The translations under genes were made by a program, and so were the position numbers. From the NCBI GenBank assembly GCA_043804695.1, contig JAZDIV010000027.1:1-42601 (forward strand): 42,601 nucleotides of DNA, written 5' to 3'. Every line of letters begins with the position of its first letter. The first letter of the stretch is position 1. Below are positions 17,691 through 26,259 of the stretch, in pieces. Source of the DNA: PVC group bacterium (GTDB lineage Bacteria; Auribacterota; Erginobacteria; Erginobacterales; Erginobacteraceae). The notes under the pieces were generated by a model that ran no database searches, had not been told where the DNA came from, and saw nothing but the letters and a program-made list of their open reading frames with translations.

Positions 17691-18806
17691 TCAGCGGGCA
17701 CGGCGGGCTGATTTATTCAATAACCGGCTCCGGAAAGTACCCTTGACCGTCTCTCCGATCACGTCCAAATCCCAGTTGATCATGGCCGAGGTATTGATCA
17801 GGGAGACCAGGTAACAGGTATAGCACGGCTTTGTCTCCAGGTGCTTGAACGCCTCGTCAAAGCCGACCTCCTTCAGGTTCTTCCCGTCGAACATCCCCTG
17901 CATCCCCTGGCAGGGGTAAAGCCGGCCGTCCTCGTCGATTACGATCTCGTAGTTGCCGTACTGACACTCGATCGCCTTCCTCCCCAGGAGCTTGAGAGAC
18001 TCGTCTTTCCCCAGGAACTTTCTGGTGTACGGCACCGGCCAGTTCAGCGTGTAGCGCAGTATCTTGGTGGTGGAGAAGATCGGGTACCCTCGTTTAATGT
18101 ATTCGATGAACTTTTTCTGATACCTGATGATATCTTCGTCTTCCGGGGCCAGATCCTCTTCCCCCAGTCTCTCATCTCCTTTAAAGAGGAAGTTAATTCC
18201 CCATTCGATATTGTTCTCTTTTACGAACTCGGCCATAAAATCAACATCGTGAACCGTGTACTTGGTGATGGTCGAATTGATCCGGATCGGGGTCTTGTGC
18301 ACTTCCTGGACCGCGTGAATTGACTCCACCACCTTATCAAAGGTCCCCTTCCCGCGAATCCGGTCATTTCCCTCCCGGTTGCCGTCGAGGGAGAAACAGA
18401 TGTTATCGAGCAGCGCGATCTCCGGGATCTCCCGGATCCGGTCGGGGAACTGGCCGTTGGTCACCAGCGCGGCCACGATCCCCTTGCTGTCGATATAGCG
18501 GAAGATGCGTCCTAGATCCTTATGCAGGAGCGGCTCGCCGCCCTGAACCAGAATATACCGTGTCCCCCGGTTATAGAGATCGTCGATCAGTCTGACCAGG
18601 TCTTCGTATGCCCAATCCGGGGTCCGGCGGTGGGAATAGCTCCCGAAACAGTAGGCGCACTTGAGGTTGCAGCGGCTGTTGATCACCAGGTTAACGTAGA
18701 AGGGATAGTGGGGCTTGTTGAACGCCTTGATGGCCAGCATGTGCCCCAGGGTTCGGACCCGGTTCCAGTACCGGCGGAGGGCCAGTCGTTTTTGGTTATA
18801 TTTCAT
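17691..18806 (-). CDS. Radical SAM protein (twitch/SPASM)
   Basis: CNLKCAYC, GGEP, FSLDG and CQYG...YPC...CYTC motifs. Confidence 0.9.
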   Translation of the reverse strand: MKYNQKRLALRRYWNRVRTLGHMLAIKAFNKPHYPFYVNLVINSRCNLKCAYCFGSYSHRRTPDWAYEDLVRLIDDLYNRGTRYILVQGGEPLLHKDLGRIFRYIDSKGIVAALVTNGQFPDRIREIPEIALLDNICFSLDGNREGNDRIRGKGTFDKVVESIHAVQEVHKTPIRINSTITKYTVHDVDFMAEFVKENNIEWGINFLFKGDERLGEEDLAPEDEDIIRYQKKFIEYIKRGYPIFSTTKILRYTLNWPVPYTRKFLGKDESLKLLGRKAIECQYGNYEIVIDEDGRLYPCQGMQGMFDGKNLKEVGFDEAFKHLETKPCYTCYLVSLINTSAMINWDLDVIGETVKGTFRSRLLNKSARRAR

Positions 18807-18861
18807 GGGCAACTAATAATAAGGAATGTTCTGGAATTCAATTGATTAGAGAAACTAATAT

Positions 18862-19012
18862 AAATGAAGAAATCCGAATGACGAATGACGAATGAATGCC
18901 AAAGTCCGAATGACAAGTTTGAAAGCAACCCGGCCAAGTATAACGGAGATCATTTTGACATTTGATCATTGGACATTCTTTCGGATTTCGGGTTTCGGTT
19001 TTCGTCATTCGT
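18862..19012. repeat. Inverted arrays of degenerate 7-mers (CGAATGA / CGAAAYC type)
   Basis: Left arm GAAATCCGAATGACGAATGACGAATGAATG. Right arm ...TTTCGGATTTCGGGTTTCGGTTTTCGTCATTCG. The right arm supplies the C-terminal tail of the transketolase subunit. Confidence 0.7.
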
Positions 19013-19942
19013 TGCGTTGGAGGCGCTCAGTACTTTTTGTATACGAGAAACTATCTGCTCCGGTGTTAATCCGAAAAGGTCCCGCAGATACTCCTGGCTG
19101 CCGGCGACCGGGGCGTACATATCCGGGATGCCGAAGGTGATCAGCCTGACCGGCAGATTTTCTTCCAGGATAATCTCCCCGACCGCGCTCCCCAGGCCGC
19201 CGATCACGGTATGCTCCTCAATAGTGGCAAAGAGGGAACAGCGTCCGGACAGATCGACAAGAAGTTCCCGGTCAATCGGCTTGACTGTGTGCATGCTGAT
19301 CACTTCCGGATCGAGATTTTCTTTCTTCAGCAGGTCAGCGACTTCTACCGCCGGCGGGACCATGTTGCTGGTGGCGATCAGGGCGACGGTGTCCCCCTTC
19401 CTCACCCGGATGCCCTTGCCGATAACAAAGGGGATATCGTCAGTTGCGTGGACCGTCGGCTCGCCGGACTTTCCCAGCCGGATATAGCAGGGGCCGGCTA
19501 ATTTTAAAGACTCCTCGACCGCCTTTTTCGTCTCGATCGGCCCCCCCGGGCAGATCACCGTCATATTGGGAAGGGCCCGCATGACGGAGATATCCTCGAT
19601 CGCATGGTGGGTGGCGCCGGCGGAGCCGTAGGTGATCCCCTGCCCCACCCCGACCAGCTTTACCGGCAGGTTCTGGTAGCAGAGGTCGATCCGGATCTGC
19701 TCGAAACAGCGCATCGTCGCGAAGGGGGCGATCGTGTATACGAAGACCGTCTTCCCGCTCATGGCTAACCCGGCGGCCACGCCGATCATCGCCGCCTCGG
19801 CGATCCCGATATTGTAGTAGCGCCCGGGGAAGCGCTCCCGGAACTCTTCCAGGATCGTGAATCCCGCGTCGCCGGTCAGGAGGTAGATGGACTCGTCCCG
19901 CTCGGCCAGTTTCATCAAAGTGTTTATAAATGCCTGGCGCAT
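18950..19942 (-). CDS. Transketolase, C-terminal (pyrimidine-binding) subunit
   Basis: MRQAF start, NIGIAE, FEQIR.D, GATHH..ED, YIRLG and EEH...GGLG motifs. The ORF-track extension to 20020 is repeat-derived. Confidence 0.92.
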   Translation of the reverse strand: MRQAFINTLMKLAERDESIYLLTGDAGFTILEEFRERFPGRYYNIGIAEAAMIGVAAGLAMSGKTVFVYTIAPFATMRCFEQIRIDLCYQNLPVKLVGVGQGITYGSAGATHHAIEDISVMRALPNMTVICPGGPIETKKAVEESLKLAGPCYIRLGKSGEPTVHATDDIPFVIGKGIRVRKGDTVALIATSNMVPPAVEVADLLKKENLDPEVISMHTVKPIDRELLVDLSGRCSLFATIEEHTVIGGLGSAVGEIILEENLPVRLITFGIPDMYAPVAGSQEYLRDLFGLTPEQIVSRIQKVLSASNATNDENRNPKSERMSNDQMSK

Positions 19943-19980
19943 TAAAGGTGTCTCTTGTTCACTTAATCCTATCTTGCTCC

Positions 19981-20052
19981 AGTAAGCGGTTAGCGGTGAG
20001 CAGTAAGCGGTAGCCATCAAACTTCCGCTTACCGCTTACTGCTTACCGCTTA
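19981..20052. repeat. Gene-less inverted 7-mer element (AGCRGTN / TACYGCT) between the transketolase subunits
   Basis: AGCGGTT AGCGGTG AGCAGTA AGCGGTA, 10 nt, then TTCCGCT TACCGCT TACTGCT TACCGCT. Confidence 0.85.
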
Positions 20053-20847
20053 CAATCCTTCCTCTATTTCCCGGCAATAACACTCAACCTTGTCCCTGGG
20101 CACCGAAAGGTAATGTGATTCAAAACAACCCTCCATCTCCCGGATCCCCTTGCATTTGGTCGTATGCGCTATTACAACTGAAGGACACCCCGGCCGGAAG
20201 GGAACCGACCGGAACGCGGTCTCCAGTTCTCCGTGATCGTGTCCGTCCACCTCCCGCACCCCCCAGCCGAAAGCCTCCCATTTCCTTCTGAAGGTGCCGA
20301 TCGGTTGGATGTTCTCGACCCGGTCGAAACCCTGCAGGTTGTTGGCGTCAATGATCGCCACCAGGTTGTCGAGCTTCAGCCGCGCGGCCAGCATGGCGCC
20401 TTCCCAGACGCTCCCCTCCTGAATCTCGCCGTCTCCCATCAGTACATAGACCCGGTAGGGTTTTCCGTCATTTTTTGCGGCCAGTGCCATCCCCGCCCCG
20501 ATATTGATCCCGTGGCCGAGTGACCCGGTCGAGGCTTCCACCCCGGGGACACCCCCCCGGACCGGGTGGCCGTAGAGCTGTCCGCCGTTATTGAGATAGG
20601 TATCCAGGACCTCCTCGGGGAAGAAGCCTTTTCGGGCCAGGGTAACGTACCAGGCGGAGGCGGCGTGCCCCTTGCTGAGGATAAACCGGTCCCGGTCGGG
20701 ATCGTCCGGCGAGGATATATTCATGATCCGGAAATAGAGGATAGTGAGGATATCGGCGATCGACATCGCCGAACCGAAATGGGACCCCTTCTGGTGCATC
20801 CGCACCAGTCGTTTCCGAATCTCCCGGCTGATTTCCACGGTGTCCAT
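20050..20847 (-). CDS. Transketolase, N-terminal (TPP-binding) subunit
   Basis: RDRFILSKGHA, STGSLGHG and GDGEIQEG..WE...N motifs. Confidence 0.93.
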   Translation of the reverse strand: MDTVEISREIRKRLVRMHQKGSHFGSAMSIADILTILYFRIMNISSPDDPDRDRFILSKGHAASAWYVTLARKGFFPEEVLDTYLNNGGQLYGHPVRGGVPGVEASTGSLGHGINIGAGMALAAKNDGKPYRVYVLMGDGEIQEGSVWEGAMLAARLKLDNLVAIIDANNLQGFDRVENIQPIGTFRRKWEAFGWGVREVDGHDHGELETAFRSVPFRPGCPSVVIAHTTKCKGIREMEGCFESHYLSVPRDKVECYCREIEEGL

Positions 20848-20907
20848 TACAACGCAACGCAGCTCCGCGACTCCATGATTCTCTTTTTATCAAATGCTTA
20901 AGGCAGC

Positions 20908-20936
20908 AAGCTACACGACTTCTCTCCTATTTTCAA
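20908..20936 (-). promoter_or_regulatory. Putative sigma70 promoter for the leftward operon
   Basis: TTGAAA-N17-TAGCTT on the minus strand, about 60 nt upstream of the transketolase ATG. Confidence 0.4.
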
Positions 20937-21153
20937 ACCTTTTCAAACCAAAATCGCCTTAATTTACTGTTTCGGCATTTTCCCGACATCCGTCGGGATC
21001 CCGATAACAATATTTTTGAATAAATGAATCGGGACAATAATCTTATTTTTCTGCCCCGATTAATACTTCGGGGCGGGGCGAAAAAATAATCTTTGATTAA
21101 AAGTTTTTACCGGCATTGCCTCAATGGAATTATACATATGTCTTTGTTCAAAA

Positions 21154-21185
21154 TATAAATTAGCGACCGAAGGGAGCTAATTTAT
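21154..21185. repeat. 32-bp palindromic repeat, copy 2 (ATAAATTAGC family)
   Basis: TATAAATTAGCGACCGAAGGGAGCTAATTTAT. Confidence 0.7.
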
Positions 21186-21225
21186 TTGCCGTCGACTTTT
21201 TGTCTTGTTATTATATCCAGTAACC

Positions 21226-22875
21226 ATGAGTGAATCAATGCCGGAAAATCGGCCCAGAAAATGTTCCTTCGGATCCAATTTGGGGGGGCGGAGGACGGTT
21301 GTCTCTCTTATGTCCAATGTCAAGACGCGACACCTTTTTCTGGCAGTTCTTCTCTGCCTTCTGGTCCTCTTCTATCTTCCATCTTTCAGCAACGCGCCCC
21401 GCAGCGATTACTGGGTCGCCCTCTATTATTTTCAATTAGCGGATGCCTCACCCTCCCCCCTGAGCTGGCTTTCCCTCTGTAATTATGATCCCTGGGAACA
21501 CGGGACATACCGTCCGGTCTCCCATCTCCTTCTCTACCTGGAGCACAAGCTGTTCGGAGTCCATTTCATCGGCAACCACCTGGTTAATTTCTTTATGTAC
21601 TTTCTCAGCATTGTGCTTCTCTTCTTCCTGGCGCGCGCATTTTTTCTGGATACCTTTCTCACTGCAGCATTCCTGACGGTGTACGCGTTCCTCTTTTCCC
21701 ACTTCGACATTATCACCTGGACCTTCCAGGTTTTTACCACCATGAGTTTTTCCGCTTTCCTGCTCGGGTTCCTACTTTTCATCAGGTACCAGCAATCCGG
21801 CAAAAAAGGATTGCTGTTTGTCATCGGCGCTCTTTTCCTTTTCGGGATGTTCTGCTTCGAGCTGTATGCGCTCTGGCCGCTGGCCGTCATCCTCATCTGG
21901 CGGGGCCGGCGTTTCCTGTTCCCCTCCCCTCCGGCGCCGGGAGAGAAAAACCTGTTCCGGCCCACGTGCTTCATGCTGGGTATCGTCTATGCCCTTTACC
22001 TGGCCGCCTTCATCCTCACCCGGATGGCCGAGCAGACAACCGGAGATCTCCCGAAACTGACCCCGGCACTGGTGGTCCTGGGGGTCTGCTCCGTCTTTTT
22101 CAACCTTCTTTATAACGGATTCCTGGTCAATCTCTTCCCCTTTGTGACCGAACCCCTGGTCATCAGGGACAACCTCGACATGGCCGGGTTGCTGGTCGGC
22201 TGGTACACGTCTCTGCCGGCAATCATCTGCTGGACCGGCGGGATAACCGTTCTCCTTCTCTGTGTCGGTGCGATTGTCCTCTACCGCCGGGGAAAAAAGC
22301 AGACTCTCCTTATCCTGTCCTTCTTCATGTTCCTGCTCTTCACCTACTACTTTATCGTCAGCCTGTCGAGACTGACCACCAACGATGTCTGGTATCCATT
22401 CACCCAGTTCCGCTACCAGTACGTCGCCAACGCCCTTCTCGTCCTGATGGCGGTTACGGTTCTGACCGGCGTAATTCGTCCGAAGCGACTGGGAAAAATC
22501 GTCACCGGCTGCCTTCTGCTTCCGGTGCTCGCCATCAACATGCAGCTCAGCCATAAATACATGACCCGTATTAACACGGAACTGGAGCCGCTGGGCTTAC
22601 TCCTGTCCACCATTCGTTCCGGTATCGAAAGAGGGGAGATTACCCCCCGGGCAAAATTATTCATCGAGGACGGGATTACCACGCATCTTCCCCCGCTTTG
22701 CTGGAACGAGGACATGGCCCTGTTCATGAAGGGCAGCTACCAATGGTTTTTCCCGGCGGACCGGCAGAACTGCTTCACCTTCTCCCCCCCCGAAGCGTCC
22801 TGGATACTCAGGGAAAACGACTACCGCACCATCTATGGCATCCATTCCGGGAAACACCTCCGGCTTACCGAATGA
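21226..22875 (+). CDS. Polytopic membrane protein, probable GT-C glycosyltransferase (start uncertain: 21226, 21238 or 21310)
   Basis: RSDYW...YRP..HLLLYLEH.LFG...HLVN N-terminal loop typical of GT-C. Many TM helices and a QFRYQY motif. Confidence 0.65.
   Translation: MSESMPENRPRKCSFGSNLGGRRTVVSLMSNVKTRHLFLAVLLCLLVLFYLPSFSNAPRSDYWVALYYFQLADASPSPLSWLSLCNYDPWEHGTYRPVSHLLLYLEHKLFGVHFIGNHLVNFFMYFLSIVLLFFLARAFFLDTFLTAAFLTVYAFLFSHFDIITWTFQVFTTMSFSAFLLGFLLFIRYQQSGKKGLLFVIGALFLFGMFCFELYALWPLAVILIWRGRRFLFPSPPAPGEKNLFRPTCFMLGIVYALYLAAFILTRMAEQTTGDLPKLTPALVVLGVCSVFFNLLYNGFLVNLFPFVTEPLVIRDNLDMAGLLVGWYTSLPAIICWTGGITVLLLCVGAIVLYRRGKKQTLLILSFFMFLLFTYYFIVSLSRLTTNDVWYPFTQFRYQYVANALLVLMAVTVLTGVIRPKRLGKIVTGCLLLPVLAINMQLSHKYMTRINTELEPLGLLLSTIRSGIERGEITPRAKLFIEDGITTHLPPLCWNEDMALFMKGSYQWFFPADRQNCFTFSPPEASWILRENDYRTIYGIHSGKHLRLTE
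21307..21335 (+). repeat. 29-bp exact dispersed repeat, copy 1
   Basis: CTTATGTCCAATGTCAAGACGCGACACCT, identical at 23520-23548. Confidence 0.85.
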
Positions 22876-22876
22876 A

Positions 22877-24448
22877 ATGAAACTTATGTCCGGGCAGAAA
22901 GGGATCGGCCGGGAACGGTACGGCGCGCCTATCTACTTCGCCGTTCTGCTTCTGGCATTGCTGGTTTTCTTTCTCCCCTCCTTCGACAACCCTCCCCGGA
23001 GCGATTACTGGTCGGCCTTTTATGTCTTTCAGCAGGTTGAAGCCTCTCCCCTCCCCCCCAACTGGCCCTCCATTCTGACCTTCGATCTCTGGCAGCATGG
23101 GACCTATCGCCCTTTTTCCCATCTGATTCTTTACCTTGAGCATCTGCTCTTCAGTCCGCACTTTGTCTGGAATCACATTCTCAATTTTTCCGCCTACTTC
23201 CTGGCCGTTATCCTTCTCTACCTGCTGGCGGGACGGCTGGCCCTGGACAGGGTCTTAACGGCCGCTCTGCTGGCCGTCTTTGCCTTTCTCTTCTCCCATT
23301 TCGACATCCTGACCTGGACCTTCCAGATCTTCAGCGTCCTCGCCTTCTGCGCCTTTCTTCTCGGATTTATCCTCTTTATTGACCACCTCCGCTCCCGGCG
23401 GCCTATCCTTCTGGTCGCGGTCGGAATTCTCTTTCTTTTCGGGATGCTCTGCTCCGAGGTCTACGCCCTCTGGCCTCTGGCGATTTTCATTCTCCCCTTC
23501 GCGCTCTCTTCATCGCGGCCTTATGTCCAATGTCAAGACGCGACACCTGTTTTAGTTTATCTTTTTTACCTCGGAGGATTTATCCTTCACCGGGCGGGGA
23601 CGGTGACAACCGGGCCTCTCCCTGCCATCACCCCCGGGCTGCTCGTCTCTTCATTCCTGATGGTCTTCTTCAACCTGCTCTATAACGGGATCGTGGTGAA
23701 CATCTGTCCCTTTCTGGCCGTCCCGCTTTTTTACAATGACAACATTAACCTGGGAGGGATCCTCTGGAGATGGGAGGCGTACCTGGACACCCTCGTTCCC
23801 TGGCTGGGGCTGGCGGCAGCGCTCCTCCTGGGAGCGGGAGGCTTCCTGCTCTGGCGGATAAGAAAGCGCCGGACCCTTGCCCTGCTGTCATTCTTCTTCT
23901 ACCTCTACTTCACCAATCTCTTCACCGTCGCGGCGGCCCGCCTGACCACCGACCCGATCTTCTATCCCCTCTCCCAGTTCCGTTATCAATATGTGCCCAA
24001 TGCGCTCCTGGCGCTGATGGCGGCCGCCGTGCTCGGAGGCTTGCTCAGGACGGGGCGGCGGGGAAAGCTGTTTATCTGCTTGATCCTTCTGCCGGTATTG
24101 GTCTTTAATATAACCCTGATCCATAAGCAGATGCTCGTCCTGGAGAATCGCCTCCGGCCCCTCCGGGTGATCCTGGACAATATCAGCCGGGGGATCGACG
24201 GGGGGCTGATCACGGAAGATGACCGGCTTTTCATCGAAAAAGGCGTGGCGGAAAAACTTCCCGCCCCGGCCTGGAACAATAACATGGAGCGTTTCATGGA
24301 GGGCTCTTTGCAATGGTTTTATCCCGCCTCCGAGATGAAAAAATTTACCTTCTTCCCGGAGGACGCGGCCTGGATAATCCGCCAGGATGACTATCTGACA
24401 ATACAAATGACCAGGGAGCATCAGGACCAAACGACACCGAAAGAATGA
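22877..24448 (+). CDS. Tandem paralog of 21226-22875, probable GT-C glycosyltransferase
   Basis: Shared PRSDYW, HGTYRP, FLFSHFDI.TWTFQ, FNLLYNG, QFRYQYV and QWF.PA motifs. Confidence 0.65.
   Translation: MKLMSGQKGIGRERYGAPIYFAVLLLALLVFFLPSFDNPPRSDYWSAFYVFQQVEASPLPPNWPSILTFDLWQHGTYRPFSHLILYLEHLLFSPHFVWNHILNFSAYFLAVILLYLLAGRLALDRVLTAALLAVFAFLFSHFDILTWTFQIFSVLAFCAFLLGFILFIDHLRSRRPILLVAVGILFLFGMLCSEVYALWPLAIFILPFALSSSRPYVQCQDATPVLVYLFYLGGFILHRAGTVTTGPLPAITPGLLVSSFLMVFFNLLYNGIVVNICPFLAVPLFYNDNINLGGILWRWEAYLDTLVPWLGLAAALLLGAGGFLLWRIRKRRTLALLSFFFYLYFTNLFTVAAARLTTDPIFYPLSQFRYQYVPNALLALMAAAVLGGLLRTGRRGKLFICLILLPVLVFNITLIHKQMLVLENRLRPLRVILDNISRGIDGGLITEDDRLFIEKGVAEKLPAPAWNNNMERFMEGSLQWFYPASEMKKFTFFPEDAAWIIRQDDYLTIQMTREHQDQTTPKE
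23520..23548 (+). repeat. 29-bp exact dispersed repeat, copy 2 (inside the CDS, different frame)
   Basis: Read here as PYVQCQDATP. Confidence 0.85.
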
Positions 24449-24477
24449 ACATCGAACGTCCAACATCGAAACCTGAA

Positions 24478-24677
24478 GAGGTTGTCCGATCAATCCGATT
24501 TTAACCATTTTCACGGTCATTGCGAGGAGCGCAGCGACGAAGCAATCTCATCGTTTTAGATATGAATGGGTTTGGTTTAAGATGATAGATTGCTTCGCCC
24601 CTTCGGGGCTCGCGATGACATTTTGGTGGTTGCGACACAGTCTGAATGACGTAAAAAGTGGTTTGTCGGACAGCCTT
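24478..24677. mobile_element. MITE-like element with GAGGYTGTCCGA ends carrying a GTCATTGCGA REP dimer (24516-24619)
   Basis: Left end GAGGTTGTCCGA. Right end reverse-complements to AAGGCTGTCCGA. TGAAGAGG occurs at both 24474 and 24679. Confidence 0.55.
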
Positions 24678-24693
24678 TTGAAGAGGAAGTTGC

Positions 24694-24767
24694 GTGGTGG
24701 AGGAGTTGAGTAATGGAGAACCGAGGCCTGCAATACATCATTTCACCACTCCATCACTCCCTACTCC
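24694..24767. repeat. Degenerate inverted array of about 8-mer units (GGAGTRAT / ATYACTCC type)
   Basis: GGAGGAGTTGAGTAATGGAG ... CACCACTCCATCACTCCCTACTCC. Confidence 0.5.
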
Positions 24768-24815
24768 TTTTCAGCCTATCTCATTAACAGGGCAATAACT
24801 TCGGGGCATGTTAAT

Positions 24816-25799
24816 ATGAAATCACTGGTTACCGGCGGCGCCGGTTTCATCGGCAGTCACCTGGTGGAAGCCCTCCTGAAGCAGGGGGATGACGTGACCG
24901 TTCTCGACAATTGCTCCACCGGGAGAAGGGAGAACCTCGACCAGCTGGAGGGGAGAGAGTTGATCAGGTTCCATGAAGTGGACATCGCCGATCAGTCTTC
25001 GATCAGAGATCTCTTCCGGGGGGTTGACCGTGTCTTCCACCTCGCCGCCCTGGCCGACATCGTCCCCTCGATCCAGAAACCGATCGCCTATCACCGCTCC
25101 AACGTGGACGGGACGATCAGCGTTTTAGAAGCCTCCCGCGCCGCCGGGGTGAAGCGTTTTGTCTACGCCGCCTCCTCCTCCTGCTACGGCATCCCGGATA
25201 AATATCCGACCCCGGAGACCGCTCCCGCCCGCCCGCAGTATCCCTACGCGCTGACCAAGTATGTCGGCGAACAGTATGTCCTCCACTGGGGAGAAGTTTA
25301 CAATCTTCCCGTCGTCTCGCTCCGGTTCTTCAATGTTTACGGGCCGCGGTCCCGCACCTCCGGCACCTACGGAGCGGTCTTCGGCATCTTTTTAGCCCAG
25401 AAACTGGCCGAAAAACCCTTCACCGTGGTAGGTGACGGCACCCAGACCCGGGACTTCACCTTTGTCACCGACGTGGTTGAAGCCTGCCTGGCCGCCGCGG
25501 AATCCGGCCTCGAAGGAGAGATCCTCAATGTGGCCGGCGGACGCCCGGTCAGCGTCAACCGGCTGGTCGAGCTCCTGGGCGGCGATGTTCTCCATATCCC
25601 GAAACGGCCGGGAGAACCGGACTGCACCCACGCCGACATCTCCAAGATTCGACGCCTGCTCGGATGGGAACCGAAAGTCGCCATCGAAGAAGGAGTCGCC
25701 ATTCTGCTCGACCACATCGACTACTGGCGGCAGGCGCCGGTCTGGACGCCGGAGACAATAGCCGATGCCACCAGGGATTGGTTCAAGTACCTGGGTTAA
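24816..25799 (+). CDS. NAD-dependent epimerase/dehydratase (UDP-hexose 4-epimerase-like)
   Basis: TGGAGFIG, HLAALADIVPS, ASSSCYG, YALTK and RFFNVYGPR motifs. Confidence 0.92.
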   Translation: MKSLVTGGAGFIGSHLVEALLKQGDDVTVLDNCSTGRRENLDQLEGRELIRFHEVDIADQSSIRDLFRGVDRVFHLAALADIVPSIQKPIAYHRSNVDGTISVLEASRAAGVKRFVYAASSSCYGIPDKYPTPETAPARPQYPYALTKYVGEQYVLHWGEVYNLPVVSLRFFNVYGPRSRTSGTYGAVFGIFLAQKLAEKPFTVVGDGTQTRDFTFVTDVVEACLAAAESGLEGEILNVAGGRPVSVNRLVELLGGDVLHIPKRPGEPDCTHADISKIRRLLGWEPKVAIEEGVAILLDHIDYWRQAPVWTPETIADATRDWFKYLG

Positions 25800-25804
25800 A
25801 CAGT

Positions 25805-25935
25805 GTCATTGCGATCCGCCTCAGGCGGAGAAGCAATCTCAAATCTGGGGTAGCGTCATTGCGAGGCCGGAGGCCAAAGCAATCTCAAATCTGGGGTAGC
25901 GTCATTGCGATCCGCCTCAGGCGGAGAAGCAATCT
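25805..25935 (+). repeat. Three direct REP units upstream of the GIY-YIG gene
   Basis: Units at 25805-25839, 25855-25885 and 25901-25935, separated by the identical 15-nt linker CAAATCTGGGGTAGC. Confidence 0.92.
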
Positions 25936-25967
25936 TAAATAGAAAAAAGCAATCTCCAATAAATGAG

Positions 25968-26255
25968 ATGAGCAAGCTCTACTGCGTTTACATAATGACA
26001 AATAAAAATAACACCGTTCTCTATACGGGTGTGACCGGTGATTTAAAGAAAAGGGTTTATCAGCATAGAAATAAATTGGTCGAGGGATTTACGAAAAAGT
26101 ATAATGTTCAGAAGTTAGTTTATTACCAGGCCTTCGGCAACCCTGAAAGAGCCATTTTGAGAGAGAAACAAATCAAGGGTGGGCCGAGGAAAAAGAAGAT
26201 AGCGCTGGTTCAAGAAAATAATCCGACCTGGAGGGATTTGTACCCCCTGTTGTAA
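25968..26255 (+). CDS. Stand-alone GIY-YIG nuclease family protein (95 aa)
   Basis: YCVYIMTN....LYTGVT.DL..RV.QH......FT.KY...KLVYY.......AI.REKQIK......K..L....NP.W.DL. AT-rich. ATG at 25968. Confidence 0.92.
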   Translation: MSKLYCVYIMTNKNNTVLYTGVTGDLKKRVYQHRNKLVEGFTKKYNVQKLVYYQAFGNPERAILREKQIKGGPRKKKIALVQENNPTWRDLYPLL

Positions 26256-26259
26256 AATG

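Noticed and set aside
8093..18806. RiPP cluster (radical SAM/SPASM maturases)
   Set aside because: No precursor peptide, RRE/PqqD domain, peptidase or transporter is seen, and the context is entirely sugar metabolism.
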